DNA from: Patellaria atrata CBS 101060
Taxonomy: Eukaryota
Direction of reading: 5' to 3'
Length of the DNA: 64,000 nucleotides
Assembly (NCBI GenBank): GCA_010093705.1
Contig: MU006095.1
Coordinates: 1,359,623 to 1,423,622 of the forward strand
Below the pieces are notes generated by a model that saw only the letters and a program-made list of their open reading frames with translations, was not told where the DNA came from and ran no database searches. Both the position numbers and the translations under genes were made by a program. Shown here in pieces: positions 1 through 12,063 of the stretch (its first letter is position 1; every line of letters starts with the position of its first letter).

Positions 1-330
1 GAGCCGTACCCGACTTCCGAGACTCCATATGAGCCATACCCGACTTCCNNNNNNNNNNNNNNNNNNNNNNNNNNNNNNNNNNNNNNNNNNNNNNNNNNNN
101 NNNNNNNNNNNNNNNNNNNNNNNNNNNNNNNNNNNNNNNNNNNNNNNNCCATACCCGACGTCCACAGAGACTCCATATGAGCCGTACCCGACGTCCACAG
201 AGACTCCATATGAGCCGTACCCGACGTCCACAGAGACTCCGTATGAGCCTTACCCGAGTTCCACAGAGACTCCGTATGAGCCGTACCCGACTTCCGAGAC
301 TCCATATGAGCCATACCCGACTTCCACAGA
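1..330 (+). repeat. Coding tandem repeat, 30-33 bp unit (gagccgtacccgacgtccacagagactccatat-like)
   Basis: At least 6-7 near-identical units are visible, interrupted by the N run. Confidence 0.95.
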
Positions 331-1312
331 GACTCTTACCCCCTATCCCACGAGCACTTCCGTCCTCACAACTTATCAAACTGTAACAACATGTCCGATC
401 ACCTATACCACAACATCGGATCATTCGACTTACGTCACTACGAAACTCACCACGAGCACGATCGTTGTTACCTCCTGCAAGTCTGGTTGCCATCATCCTC
501 ATCCTACGGAGTACCCTCATCATGACACTACTACCAAGACCCATACTCCTCACGTTCCTGATGCTACAACCATAACCTCTTATATCCCAACAACTGTTAC
601 CTCTATAATCACAAAATGGGTTCCTTGTTCTACTTCCGTCGGCCATGAGGGTACTTCGACTTACTACTCGACTTGGCTCACCCCAACTGTAACCACCACA
701 CTCTATTCTACCAGCATTTCTACCTGCATCACCCTCTATCCGACCACGAAACCTCACTCTTCCGTTCCCCCAGCAGTGACGACCCCAATTGCTTCTCCCC
801 CATATACCACCCATGTCCTTCCACCCGTGGACACCTGTCCTCCTGCCGCAACAGTTACAATCGTCAAGACTGTGACCGTTTCCTCCGGCCCTGCTCCCAC
901 GCAACCCCCGGCTAACTGCCCTCATTGCTACGAGACTGTCACAATCACTCTTCCTGGTGATCACACCACTACAATCACCATCCCGCTCCCTCCCAAGACT
1001 GTCACCTCAACAATCAGCGGTAGCACCACAAAGAGCCACTCTACAGAGACCCCTTCTACTGAGACCCACTCGACCAAAAGCCACTCCAAGAGCCACTCCT
1101 CCAAGCCGCCAATGGGCACCGGTAGCTACTCCCATTCTAGCAGCGAAAGTCACAGCTACAGCTGGAGCCATCCGACCAGCAAGCATACCTCAACTGAGAT
1201 ACCGTACCCGACCGGCCCGACTAGCGAGTCTACATCTATTAAGACGACTCAGACGCCGTATCCCACCGGCAGCGCACCTACCTATGGCGGCTACAACGTC
1301 TACGGCTACTAG
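1..1312 (+). CDS. Partial Pro/Thr/Ser/Tyr-rich tandem-repeat (cell-wall/extensin-like) protein; 5' end lies outside the window or in the gap
   Basis: PYEPYPTS(T)ET repeats continue on both sides of the N gap (frame 1 before, frame 2 after). They are followed by Thr-rich blocks with TTCP/VTSCKSGC/WVPCST motifs. Stop TAG at 1310-1312. Confidence 0.8.
   Translation, partial: SRTRLPRLHMSHTRLXXXXXXXXXXXXXXXXXXXXXXXXXXXXXXXXXXPYPTSTETPYEPYPTSTETPYEPYPTSTETPYEPYPSSTETPYEPYPTSETPYEPYPTSTETLTPYPTSTSVLTTYQTVTTCPITYTTTSDHSTYVTTKLTTSTIVVTSCKSGCHHPHPTEYPHHDTTTKTHTPHVPDATTITSYIPTTVTSIITKWVPCSTSVGHEGTSTYYSTWLTPTVTTTLYSTSISTCITLYPTTKPHSSVPPAVTTPIASPPYTTHVLPPVDTCPPAATVTIVKTVTVSSGPAPTQPPANCPHCYETVTITLPGDHTTTITIPLPPKTVTSTISGSTTKSHSTETPSTETHSTKSHSKSHSSKPPMGTGSYSHSSSESHSYSWSHPTSKHTSTEIPYPTGPTSESTSIKTTQTPYPTGSAPTYGGYNVYGY
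49..148. other. Assembly gap (100 N)
   Basis: Run of n inside the tandem repeat. The reading frame shifts across it, so 100 is probably a placeholder length. Confidence 0.97.
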
Positions 1313-1987
1313 TTTAATCAATGTGAAGACGTCTTTTCTTCCTTTTTTCTTAGCGAAACGTTCTGTGAGTATTTTCTTTTGGGCATAGCATAGCGCGGTT
1401 GGGTTGATTTTCACTGATACGATCCTTTTGACCCATGACAGTGCGGCGTTTATGGGTATATATTGGGCAAAATACTATATAGTGTGCACGTACTTTTGGA
1501 TGTATATTTGGGTGGTTTTCTGATTTAGAGCACTGGAATTAATATAGCTATAGACACTCCTTATGATGGGTAGGATAGATAATTAGGTATTTTTAATATA
1601 TGATTACGCTCTTTAAGTCCCTGTTCTTCAACTGCTGCATGAAAGGCGCACAGAAAGGGTGGTTTCTTTATTCTCCTCTATTTTCTTATACTTGAATGTG
1701 AGATAGTACACAAAAACAGCCGACTTCCCATTTAGGAAGGCCACGATGTCGCCCGTTTGCCACGCTAAATCTGGCAAGGATTATTTTTAGGTGATCGACC
1801 AATCGCTGATTGGTTGCGAGCCACATCACAACGCAGGAATATTGAATCAAACATCCTTCAAGAAATCAAGGCTAGAACTAGAATGAGATTATGACACGGG
1901 GTGGATATATTGATTTTCATAGTAAGCGCCGCTATCGTACAGGGTAATCTGGACTGTTGAGGCCTAATACAGTACCTTTGGTTAATG

Positions 1988-3647
1988 CTAGTGCCTTCTC
2001 CGTTCATCCCTATACCTATCGCGATCCCAGTTACGGCTTCTTTCCCTCTTCCTATCATTGTCTCTATAGTGATCCTTGCTTCTATCTCTTCTATCTCCAC
2101 GATGATGCTTCCTGTCATCCCCATATCTATCGTTTCGATGGTATTTCCTGTCATCATAATTATCGTTTCGAGAGTACCAAGGGCTCCGGCTGCGTGATCT
2201 GTGCCTATCACGTGCCTCGTACTCGTGTTCGCGTTCGCGTTCGCGTTCGCGTCTGCCATCCTTTGTTGAATCCTGCCGCTGCCCCTCGTTCCTATCGAAC
2301 ACCATGGCGGGCCTTTGGTCTTCCCGCTCCACTTCTGCGCGGTATTGACGCTTTTTCTCCAAGCCCTCAATTCCGCCAAAGCCACCCCCTCGTCGTTGGC
2401 GCTTCTCATTTGTTGCTGTCCGCCAGGAGTCGCTCAGTTTGGCGACGCTCTGCGAGAAGTCGACGTGGATACGGTGATCGTCTATCAGCACGCCTTGCAT
2501 CTTGAAGTACGCCATTTCGCACTGTTCTTGCTTTTCGAACTCGATGAAGGCGTATTGGAGACTGTCGCCTGTGCGTTTGTCGCGGATGACTTCGCAACTA
2601 AGAATCTTCCCGAAGCGGGAGAATATAAGGTCGAGGTCTTCGTCCCGCGTTACGGGGTTCAACTTGCAGACGAATAGAACATTTTCTGGTGGTGCGACTT
2701 CCGCGAAGGGTAGATCACCCACCATTTCGAGTGTCAGTGCTTGAGCGCGGGCTTCGCGCTCACGGCGAAGCTTCTCAACAGTTTCTTGGTCTGCATTTTC
2801 GTCAAGCTCTTCATCATCGGCGATGCGGACAGTAGCGAGTTGTGCCGCAGATGGGAGAGGGCTGGAAGGTGGTACGACCAAACCCGAAGGGTCATCAAAG
2901 GGGTCATCTAGAATGACTGTATGGCGGATGCGAATGTCTTTCAGAGGTCGTCCAGTATCATCGACAAATGCCGTGTTGATGGCTTCAACCGCGTCAAAGC
3001 CTTCCACGACCTTTCCAAATATTGCAGCTTTGTCGTCGAGGTATTCGAGTGTGTCTCCTAGCGTGATGATAAACTGACTACCAGCAAGTCTCTCGTCGGA
3101 GTCTTTAGATGAAGCTGCTGTAGCCATGCTAACAGTACCACGCTCCGTGTGTTTCAACTTTTTGTGGAACTCGGGCTCGAAGGTCTTCTTCGAAGGCCCG
3201 TCAAGGAGGCCCCATATCGAGCTTCCACCATCGCTATCTTTCGAGCCCGGGCCGATTGGGTCTCCTGTCTGGAAGGAAAAGTCTTTCTGAACGAGGTATA
3301 TTGGAGAGTAGTTGTAGTATTTGACTTTACATAGCTTCAGAAAGCTAAACAAAGGGGCGATGTCTTAGTCTTTGCTCATCAGAATCAATTTAGCATTTCA
3401 TGAGATAGAAAGGAGAATAAGGAGATATGGAGGCACAGGGTGAACAACATCGTGTATAAGGGTAGCTGTGTGATTGTAGCATGCAGACGTTCAGTGCGTG
3501 AGCTGAGGCTAGGTTTGCGGAAAAAGATATGGAAAAAAAATCTAGGATAAGAGGTAGTGGAACTCACTTTTCACAGCAACGAGGCGCGTAATCTACAAGC
3601 AGGTCTATCACAATATCTCCCACGCTGGTTTCAAGTAGAACAGACAT
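1988..3647 (-). CDS. CYP6: Peptidyl-prolyl cis-trans isomerase-like 4 (cyclophilin + RRM + RS/RD-rich tail)
   Basis: Exon 1 3647-3568 ([26 protein letters not shown]), GT-AG intron 3567-3345, exon 2 3344-1988. Contains cyclophilin [39 protein letters not shown], and an Arg/Asp/Glu-rich C-terminus. PPIL4/Rct1 orthologue. Confidence 0.93.
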
Positions 3648-6600
3648 TATCTGTATGAATCAGGTCTGTGGCGTATCTCGTAGATCAAATAAGTAGTCAG
3701 GGCGAGAGTAGAGCATGGTATGAGAAAATAAAAATGTTGACGAACAGTGATGAGACACCTCACAGTACCTGAGAGATGATGATGCCAAGTCCAAATCTAG
3801 CTTTATCAGGTTTAGAGGCAAATTGATTTCGTACAGCACGGTATCCTTCATGGAACATCACATCTCATCATACCTTTGTACCTATTTTCCAATAGCACTC
3901 CCCACCGCAAATACCTTCTTTTTAATGCCATTCATTTGATGGAACTTTTGCTCTTGGACATCAATTTTTCTTTACTATTCACTCGATGACCGTATCAATG
4001 CTTATTCCGAACAGAGAACCGATCGTAGAGTGCATCTATGCATTGTCACTAATCAGCCCACTCACTACCCATCAAATAAGCAGCACAGCCCACTGGCAAA
4101 CACAATCGGATGCTGGAAGGACTTGCGGACTCGTGCTATTCGATGAACTAAAATCTACCCGCTTCTCCCCCCGCGAAGGGCGACATCGTTGACCAACCAC
4201 CGGCATCCAGTAATGGAGACTTAGAACGAAGCGAACGGGTAGATGCACTGTGTGGTAATAGCAGTCCCAGTTGACCAGGGGCTAAAGCTGCAACACATAC
4301 CAAACGAAATTTTACAATATGAACTGCGTCTTTCAAAGCTTCGCAAAGCATGACAGCATGACTACTGCGGTGATAGACCCAGGAATTTGATGAAGCATCA
4401 CCTGCATCGAAGAGCGAGATTGGTCCCAACTCTACCAAAGCTGCACAACATGGTGAGTGGGTGGTTACCTTACAGTACCTGTACGGGTCCCACCAAGTCT
4501 TTTTCTTTGTGTACTTCCCTTCTTCGTTTCTATCATTGTTACATGCGCCCTTGTATATTTCCACATCAATCACCAAAGGAGCATTTCATGCATTATCAAC
4601 CGTACTATCTTGTCAGATTATCTGTTACGATCCTGGTTGTTGGTGTATGATTACTCTTTTCAAGTTAAAGCATCCTTTATGCTACTTTTAAGCTGAAATT
4701 TTTCACGACTATACTCTGTCGTTAGAATTACATTGTTCCAGCGACCTTTCCTTTCTTGGAGATAGTCTCTATAGTCTCTACTCTGGATTCAAAGGTGCGG
4801 ATTGAAGGATTCCCAAAATCGTCTTACGTTGTCTTATCATCAAGCTTCTAAGAGCTCTCCGTGGACTTCACTTTTATCAATATATCAATATTTTTTACCA
4901 TATCATGTATCAGTTTCACAAACAGGCCTACCAGTAGCTTACTGGAGCCTATGCAGCTTGCAGCTTGCAGCTTGCATCTGATATCTACCTCCAGCATTAG
5001 GAATAGTCTTCTCAGTTAGTCGAAACCTAGCCAGTACTCCAGGATGCAAAGGATCATCCAGCGTTGCTTCTATCACAAACTCAAGAATAACTTCCAGGAT
5101 TACAACGGTCTCCTGGACCATACATAGCAATATCGCGACCTCACAATCTCTCCTAGACGAAACCACGCCAATCTGACCATTCCCGCGTGGAAGTACTATA
5201 TGTCTTATTCTCTTATTATCATGTTTTTCGGAAGCTAACTGTCATTTTAGGTATCTCTCGTTCATAGAATTCGTGATTTAGACCCGCTTTATCCTTGAGA
5301 ATAAACATACCTGTTACCCAGTACACAACTGTCCAATAGAAGCCTCATTGACCTGATAGTCTTCCTAGGTTTAGCTGTGCATTAATTTAACTAACAAAAC
5401 AAACATTTGTGCATTCATGACAGCTGATTTGGAACACGGTGCACCGGTATTCCATGTCAGGCTAACATTGATGTCTACTTTGCAGTTCACCGAGCAGCTA
5501 AATCCTCTACTATTTGTGGGTATTCTATTGGTTTTAGGGCTTTTCAAACCCACCATCAACAAACATCCCGATACTGTTTGATCGCCCTCATTGGTATGCT
5601 CGCCGTCCTTACGGGCCTCGGTTATCGACTTCGCGATTAATTCTATAGATCGGTTGAAATACATGCAGGACGACGTACATAGCTCCTGCGCCTCACGCCT
5701 TGAACCCGTCTGGTGCACATTCTCTTACCCATGGCCCTCGCATAAGAGCCATCCCTTGTTGGTAAGGCACGGATGTATCGCAATGCCGCACCTATATTCA
5801 AAGCAAGATATTCCCCCAGACCTCATTAAAACCCGTTGACGAAAGCGGAGCCCCCCGCAAAGCAGCCCCTTCATCGTCCACGCAACGTTTGCTATTAGTA
5901 CGGACCAGTTGGATAATAACTCTTCGAAACGGATCGTACCCACGTGTAACGGATTGTTTGTGTTAGATCTAAAGGTCTGGTATCACCAAAAGCGGCTCGG
6001 TACAGCAACCCGTTTCTGTGCTCTAATCTCCCTACAAGTGAGTATTGCATTTGCTCATGCAACAATAATGTTTATCGTCCTCTGTACATATGCATACTGA
6101 TGTGGTTACTTAGACTGTCTGCAACAACATGGAACATGTGGTAGGTTCTTATTGCAGCACGAGCTTCTTCTCCCCGCCTCTTACGCAGAGTATCCAGACC
6201 ACCACTAACATAGGTTTCAGTATTTGTGTGGACTTGTGCCTCTAGAATTTTGTAGAACGTGATACAGAGCCCAACCTAAAACCCAAGCAGCAGACATTGG
6301 TGACTGTGGATTAACGTATCTTAACTTCAGCAGATCCTTTTTCCATCCGCGCAGCTATCCGATGAGAGAGAGAGGATGACCTTGTATGTGCTCGTATGCA
6401 AACCCTGAGGTCGAGCGAATGCGCAGTCGATCCAAACGGATTTAATATTCGGGAAGATCAGAGCATATCCTGAAATCTCTCCCCGCTTCTGCAATCTACT
6501 CGTTAAAAGTCCTCAGGGGAATACAACGCTCTATTCACCGAATTCTTTTGATTTTTCTCCATATCTATTATATCACACCCCCGCCCCTTAAACCATCTTC

Positions 6601-6809
6601 TGATTGCAAACTTTCTTTCTTTCCGTTTGAACGTGGTAACTCTGCTTTGGTCGACGAGAGGGGTGTTTTAGGTGAATAATCACACCACATACGGGTTAAG
6701 GTATTCTGGAGTTCGCTACTTTTTCTCCACATCTGCCCAATTCCATAGGCATTCCCTTGCAGTTTTCTCGTGCTAGTAAAGTCAATAGTCTTATCATCAC
6801 TCGCAGATT

Positions 6810-8421
6810 ATGAGGCGTTCTGTTTACGCGGCGGAGTACGATCGTTACAATCAGACAATGCGGCATCAACACTCCTCTGATCGCAATCTAACACATTCTC
6901 GTTCCCACCCATCTCGAGACGATCCTCGCAGTGGTCCATACCAAGTATCGAAGCAAACAAAATCCGGAAGCAGCACGCGAGATAGTAGAAAGGATAGTAC
7001 TAATGGTACCTCACGACGTCGGATCCCGGTGGCTGTAAGTCTCCGAGTGAGATACTCGGTTTCTGATCTTCAATTTCTTTCCGATATACTAACTAATTTC
7101 AGTGTCAACGATGTCGCAAACGCAAGATCAAATGTAGTGGAGATTACCCAGACGGCACTGGATGTGAACACTGCAGATCTATTGGAGAAGGGTCCTTGTG
7201 TCAATTTGAGCGAGTTCGTATCATTTTCTCTGCCGCGACGTTGGATCCATCATTGATTCCCTCCAGGTCGGCACATTGAAGGAACCCGCCCAATGGCGGC
7301 CCGTTACGGACCAATTCCCGTTGCATCCCACTCTAATCCAAGGAATTCAGCAGGACTTGACCAGGCAGGCCTCAAAACCCTCGCAAATCTCTTCACAGTA
7401 CGAGCTGATCGCAGGAAAGTCCAATTCGCAATATCCTTACACTCAAACGTATGGCGAACATGCATTTCAGGAGGCTTATGGGTTGAATACTCATGCAATC
7501 ATTCCTTTATCAGACCATTTGAACGGTAGTACTGCATCTGAAGATATTCGTCGTACCTATGGGAGTCAGTCGAGACCCCAAACGGGATTTACTACCCAAA
7601 CATCACCTACGTTTTACGCGGGTAATTTAGTTCAGTATAGCTCCTGCGGGAACACCCCTGTCGCTCGTTATTCTACGATTGGTACAGAGAATGTAGCGCC
7701 GTTCGGGATGGCATCCTTGCATTTATCATTGCCTATAACTGCAGGTGATCGACAACTTCCCGCACCAAATATTTATCGTGGTTCGTCTTCGACAGCATCC
7801 AGTAGTTCGCGAAAGCAGTCATATACTGGATTTGAGGGGACCATAGGGGTAAACATAGAGGAAGACAGTAGTACTTCTGATTACGCTAAAGGACCGCCAT
7901 TGTGGAGTGCTGCTGATCACACTCATATTTCGGATGGTCGGCACAACTCAGTTACAGCGATCAATATCCATGCTCCCATGGTTTCACTATCATCGAATGG
8001 CCTTCGAAACCCTACTACCAATTCTTCAGGACAACCCTCTATGATAGTGTACAACAGTACCATATCTGATAATCCCGACAGTTACACCTCTCCGTCGACT
8101 TCGCCAACATATGAGTATAATACTACATCTGATCATTCAGCTTCTACCCTTGTCTTATCGAGCCAAGTAACGCAGACGAGCAACATGTCTGTCCTCGCAT
8201 CTGTAGCAACAGCTAGTAATGACCTGGATTCTTCAGACAACTCATCCAACGGGGATACATCACCAACCAATACCAACTATACCACGTCTCCCCTTAAGAC
8301 TATCCCGTACAGGAATCGAAATTCCCGTTCAAATACCGAGTCTCATCACAGGCATAATATCGAAGTTGTCACGTCGTCTTCCCGCGATATGAAGTCTCAG
8401 AGCTCACAGAAAGCGTACTGA
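6810..8421 (+). CDS. Zn(II)2Cys6 transcription factor with low-complexity Ser/Thr-rich C-terminus
   Basis: Splicing introns 7035-7102 and 7214-7266 gives RRRIPVA-CQRCRKRKIKCSGDYPDGTGCEHCRSIGEGSLCQFER-VGTLKEP and joins ORF 7276..8421 in frame. The start could be 6810 or 6858. Confidence 0.85.
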
Positions 8422-10036
8422 TAGCCTTGTCTTTCACTAGTCCCATGTTAGGTCTTCATATCGCTACGCATTATGATAACGAATAGCATTTGTATTTTGG
8501 TTAATTATTATCCGGGTATCTTATTCTACTTCTCTATATCTGATTTTATTCGAGCAAGAGGACATAATTTTCCACGAAGAGTTTTCAGCATAGTTTAAAA
8601 GGCGCTCAGTCAAACTGGAAAACATCTTTTTACGGCACAAAAGTGGTCTCATTCGAGCATGACCTAATTCAAAAGAACGAGATATATATCCAGGAGTTAA
8701 GAGAGCGAAGAGTTCTTATTCAACTAATTTAATGACTTGCATTTGCGGCGCTATTCGATCAGGTATCCCGTAAGGGGAGGCCTAGGCATACTTCCGGAGC
8801 GGCTACTCTATTGTTTTTTTTCCTGGTCACTGGTCGGTTAGGACCGTTTGTTATCGAGCGCGAGCGCTGCAATGTTGGCGGCACCATATCTTTACCCTAG
8901 GAGGAGGTACAAGTGTTGGAAATGTCGGCTACACCTCTTTCCAAGCTCTGATAGAGTGTTATTACACGCAAGTGTATTTTCTCTAGTTCCTGGTTTATTA
9001 TTCTCCCCACCTCCACTCTTTAACCATGTCTTTTACACATGTTTGGATTTCCTTCCGAGTTCAAAGTTCGATTGGCCGCATTTTGGAGGTGGTTCTGCTT
9101 TATTCGCATGTTCAACATTCTTGCATACATCGGTGGATCTTCATGGATATTTCCCCTTCAGTCAGCAACGCTCGCTTCACCGTGGCCGCTGAAGCAACAA
9201 AGGAGGCTACAGGTTCTTAAGTGCTAGGTATTAACCGCACTTTTATATCAAAATCATTGGGGGGGATCATGTAGATGAATGAAGTTACTACCTGTAATGC
9301 TATAACGATAAATCAATTCATTTCGCTACTCAAGTCAGTGATGCTCGCAATCATTATAACACTTCATCTGAAGAGCACACTAACAGAAATTACGGTCGTC
9401 AAATTTAGCTCAGATGACTAGGGACGCTCCTTGTTCACGATATTCGATATCAATTCCCCCCACATCCCCTACCATGGTATCTTAACCTAGTGGTAGATCA
9501 ACCTTAATTTCAACTCTAATGTAACATTGTCTCCAAACACACCCAGGAGCACCGAGGTCGTACTCAAACCTTCGGGAGACCTATTGCTTCTCTTTCCGAC
9601 GTAGCTAACGTGGCCGGTGATGCACCCGGGGTCGTACTCGGGCCGTCTGCACGCGTGCGACACAGCAGGCACGGAAGCAAGGCACGGTTAGGAACCCAAC
9701 TCCACTCTGGATCACATCGTTGTGACCTCGGAGCAGGGGAGATTAGATTTCGGGTCGATTCTTAGGCACTTCCACGTGGATTCCCGGAAACGTTGGGTTC
9801 CAGGAACTTTTTTTCCTGCGAATTCGATGTTAGCAGCGGATGGGATCAGGGTTCGATATAGGGACAGGCGCTCCTGCTCGAGTCTACATGGGAGTTTCTT
9901 CTAGAATCAGTATTCATTTAGAATCTGGAACAATTTATGGAAGAAAATTATGAGACCTAGTTTGTCGATCCCTAAGGGTGGAATTGCATAGCAAGATATA
10001 GCAAAAGGAGAAAGTGACGCTTAATACTAGTAGCAC

Positions 10037-11188
10037 TCAGATATGCTCAGGCTGATACATCCACTGGCCCGGTTGAAAGATAACCTCGAAGTCCACGCCA
10101 CCGAACACACCTACTGCACCCACTATATCATAATCGCCCTCCAGACCCCTTACGCCCCCGATGATCTTTTCGTCCAACTGCTCATGCAGATCCCAACCTC
10201 CATTCTTCTTTCCATTCCTGGTGAAGAATACTTCCGCATCCAGTAGCCGTGGTGGAGCTTGGTTTCCATATGCGGGTGGGTTCTTGGGTAGAGAATAGGT
10301 GATACCTAATCCGACAGTGTCACCTGAGTTGAATGCGTCCGTAAAGTCAAGACCTCCCCAAGGATCGTTCACAAAGCGCCGGCCGTCGTCGCCATGAACA
10401 CCGAGGGACGCGCGTTGCCAACCTGGAGCGCGCCAGCTCGGGTAAGGAGGTGCGGCGAAACCGATGGAAATACTCGCATCGGCCTCTTCAAAGGTAGTAT
10501 GACCACCCTGGCGTCCAACACCAATAATTTTAAGTTCATAGTAGATCGTTTTGGGTCTCCCTGTGCGGAGTGGTGATTGGGCAAGTGCAGAATAAAGGGG
10601 TAGTGCAGTGAGGAGACAAGCATCTTTGCACTTAGCCCAGGTACGGCATTTCCAAACACCGGCGATTTTGGTGGGAAGAAGGTCGCCTGTATACTCTGGG
10701 GGTTTAACCAGGATAATCTGACCGGAGCGGATGGCGTCAAGCTGAGCAGGGCTGAAGTTGAAGGGAGGGTACATGGGGAACCTTTCACACCAGATATCTG
10801 CTTTGTCGCTGTCTGACCTATTTGCGTTTCCGGCGAATGACTCATCATAGGACATTGAAGGAGGCGGTGGGAGGAGAGCAGTGTCGGGTATAACAGTCCA
10901 GTCATGGTAAGGCGGGGGCTCTGCGTCAGAGGATGACTGCTTCTTAGACGGTGGCGGTCCCTGTGGCGGAGCGTAAGTCTCATCGTTATTGCCTCTTTGC
11001 GGATTGAATGAAGGTGGTGGGCCAGGTAGAGGGTCATAGCTACTCGAATTCCGTCCTGGACGTGGGGCAAAGGAAATATGTGGGCCATATCCAGGAGGTG
11101 GTCCAGCCGGAGGGGGATATTCTTCTTGGGCTCTCGCTCGCCATGAAGGGGGCGGTCCCGAAGGAGGTTGAAACGTTTCGCCCGTCAT
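10037..11188 (-). CDS. SPRY (B30.2) domain protein, Ssh4/Ear1-like, with Pro-rich PY-motif N-terminus
   Basis: 383 aa intronless ORF. SPRY signatures IYYELKI, PGWQRASLGVHGDDGRRF, GDTVGLG, VFFTRNG; EPPPY and PPGY/PPAY-type motifs. Confidence 0.85.
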   Translation of the reverse strand: MTGETFQPPSGPPPSWRARAQEEYPPPAGPPPGYGPHISFAPRPGRNSSSYDPLPGPPPSFNPQRGNNDETYAPPQGPPPSKKQSSSDAEPPPYHDWTVIPDTALLPPPPSMSYDESFAGNANRSDSDKADIWCERFPMYPPFNFSPAQLDAIRSGQIILVKPPEYTGDLLPTKIAGVWKCRTWAKCKDACLLTALPLYSALAQSPLRTGRPKTIYYELKIIGVGRQGGHTTFEEADASISIGFAAPPYPSWRAPGWQRASLGVHGDDGRRFVNDPWGGLDFTDAFNSGDTVGLGITYSLPKNPPAYGNQAPPRLLDAEVFFTRNGKKNGGWDLHEQLDEKIIGGVRGLEGDYDIVGAVGVFGGVDFEVIFQPGQWMYQPEHI

Positions 11189-12063
11189 TGCTGAATTGAC
11201 TGATACTACAGAATGGTCCGGATGCTTGCGGCGGAAGAAGTGCCTGTTGGACCATACAGCTGATGAGACGGTTCGAAGTCGAGAATGAGAGGGGTGGGTC
11301 CGATGATGAGGTAGGTTATCCTGAGAATAAGAAAATGAGAAGTTCTCCCCTACAGGTCACGAGTAAGCCCTGAGTATTGATTCGAGCTTGGATCTCACAA
11401 GGCGGATCTATTCACAATGGAAATGATATGTTTTATGTCGAGGAAAGAAGCAGAAGCAGGTCATCCGGCGGGCTAGAACTACGTGTTAAGTAGGAGTATA
11501 AGTAAAAATCGGTCAGGAGGAATAATTCGAGATCTATAGAGCTAATAAGGTGATGAGGTCAAGTCTTGGGGTTTGAAGTGGGCGCAGTAAGGTACGGTAG
11601 TCAATGTCAAACTGGAACCTACCGTAATGCTCCTGACGTCGTTAATTGAGGCGCCGAGATTGCAGCTAAGTCGCACAGCCACGCTTTGGATGACTTTACT
11701 TTGGCCACACTATTAATTTTCATTTTTGCTTTCATGGGATTAGATCATCTCCATACAATTCGTCTTACAGTCCCCACAACCTCAGTGAATTGTAAAAAAA
11801 GAGAAAAAAAGAAAACTTCTTCAACAGATATCATGCAACCTAGCCAATCATTGAAAGGGCTCTCATCGAAAACGCCATGTAAATGCTCCTCAAAGCCCCC
11901 AACCCCAACCAATGGCGTATAAGGGGAAGTATTCCCTTTTATTTGTTTCCCTAACATAAAGGGTATCATCTCCGATCAAGAACGCCTAGAGGTGACTAGA
12001 AATATTTCCCCGGTGAGTCAAATCACCCTATTCAGGATTTCCCTTTTGCTTTCTCTTCTTCTC

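Noticed and set aside
1..330. Regularly spaced repeats considered as a CRISPR-like array
   Set aside because: No unique spacers; units are multiples of 3 and encode a peptide repeat in a eukaryotic gene.
1858..2677. Several 120-183 aa ORFs overlapping CYP6 (ANANAN / RVRVRV repeats)
   Set aside because: Alternative-frame and antisense readings of the RE/RD-rich tail.
8848..9227. Short overlapping ORFs downstream of the Zn2Cys6 gene
   Set aside because: No domain similarity or consistent splice structure; treated as non-coding.
9490..9905. GC-rich stretch with short palindromes and a repeated GGTCGTACTC, considered as ncRNA or MITE
   Set aside because: No recognisable RNA family motif, terminal inverted repeats or target-site duplication.
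11260..11284. Hammerhead-like CTGATGA-GAC..GTC-GAGA
   Set aside because: GAGA instead of the required GAAA, and no flanking stems I/III found.
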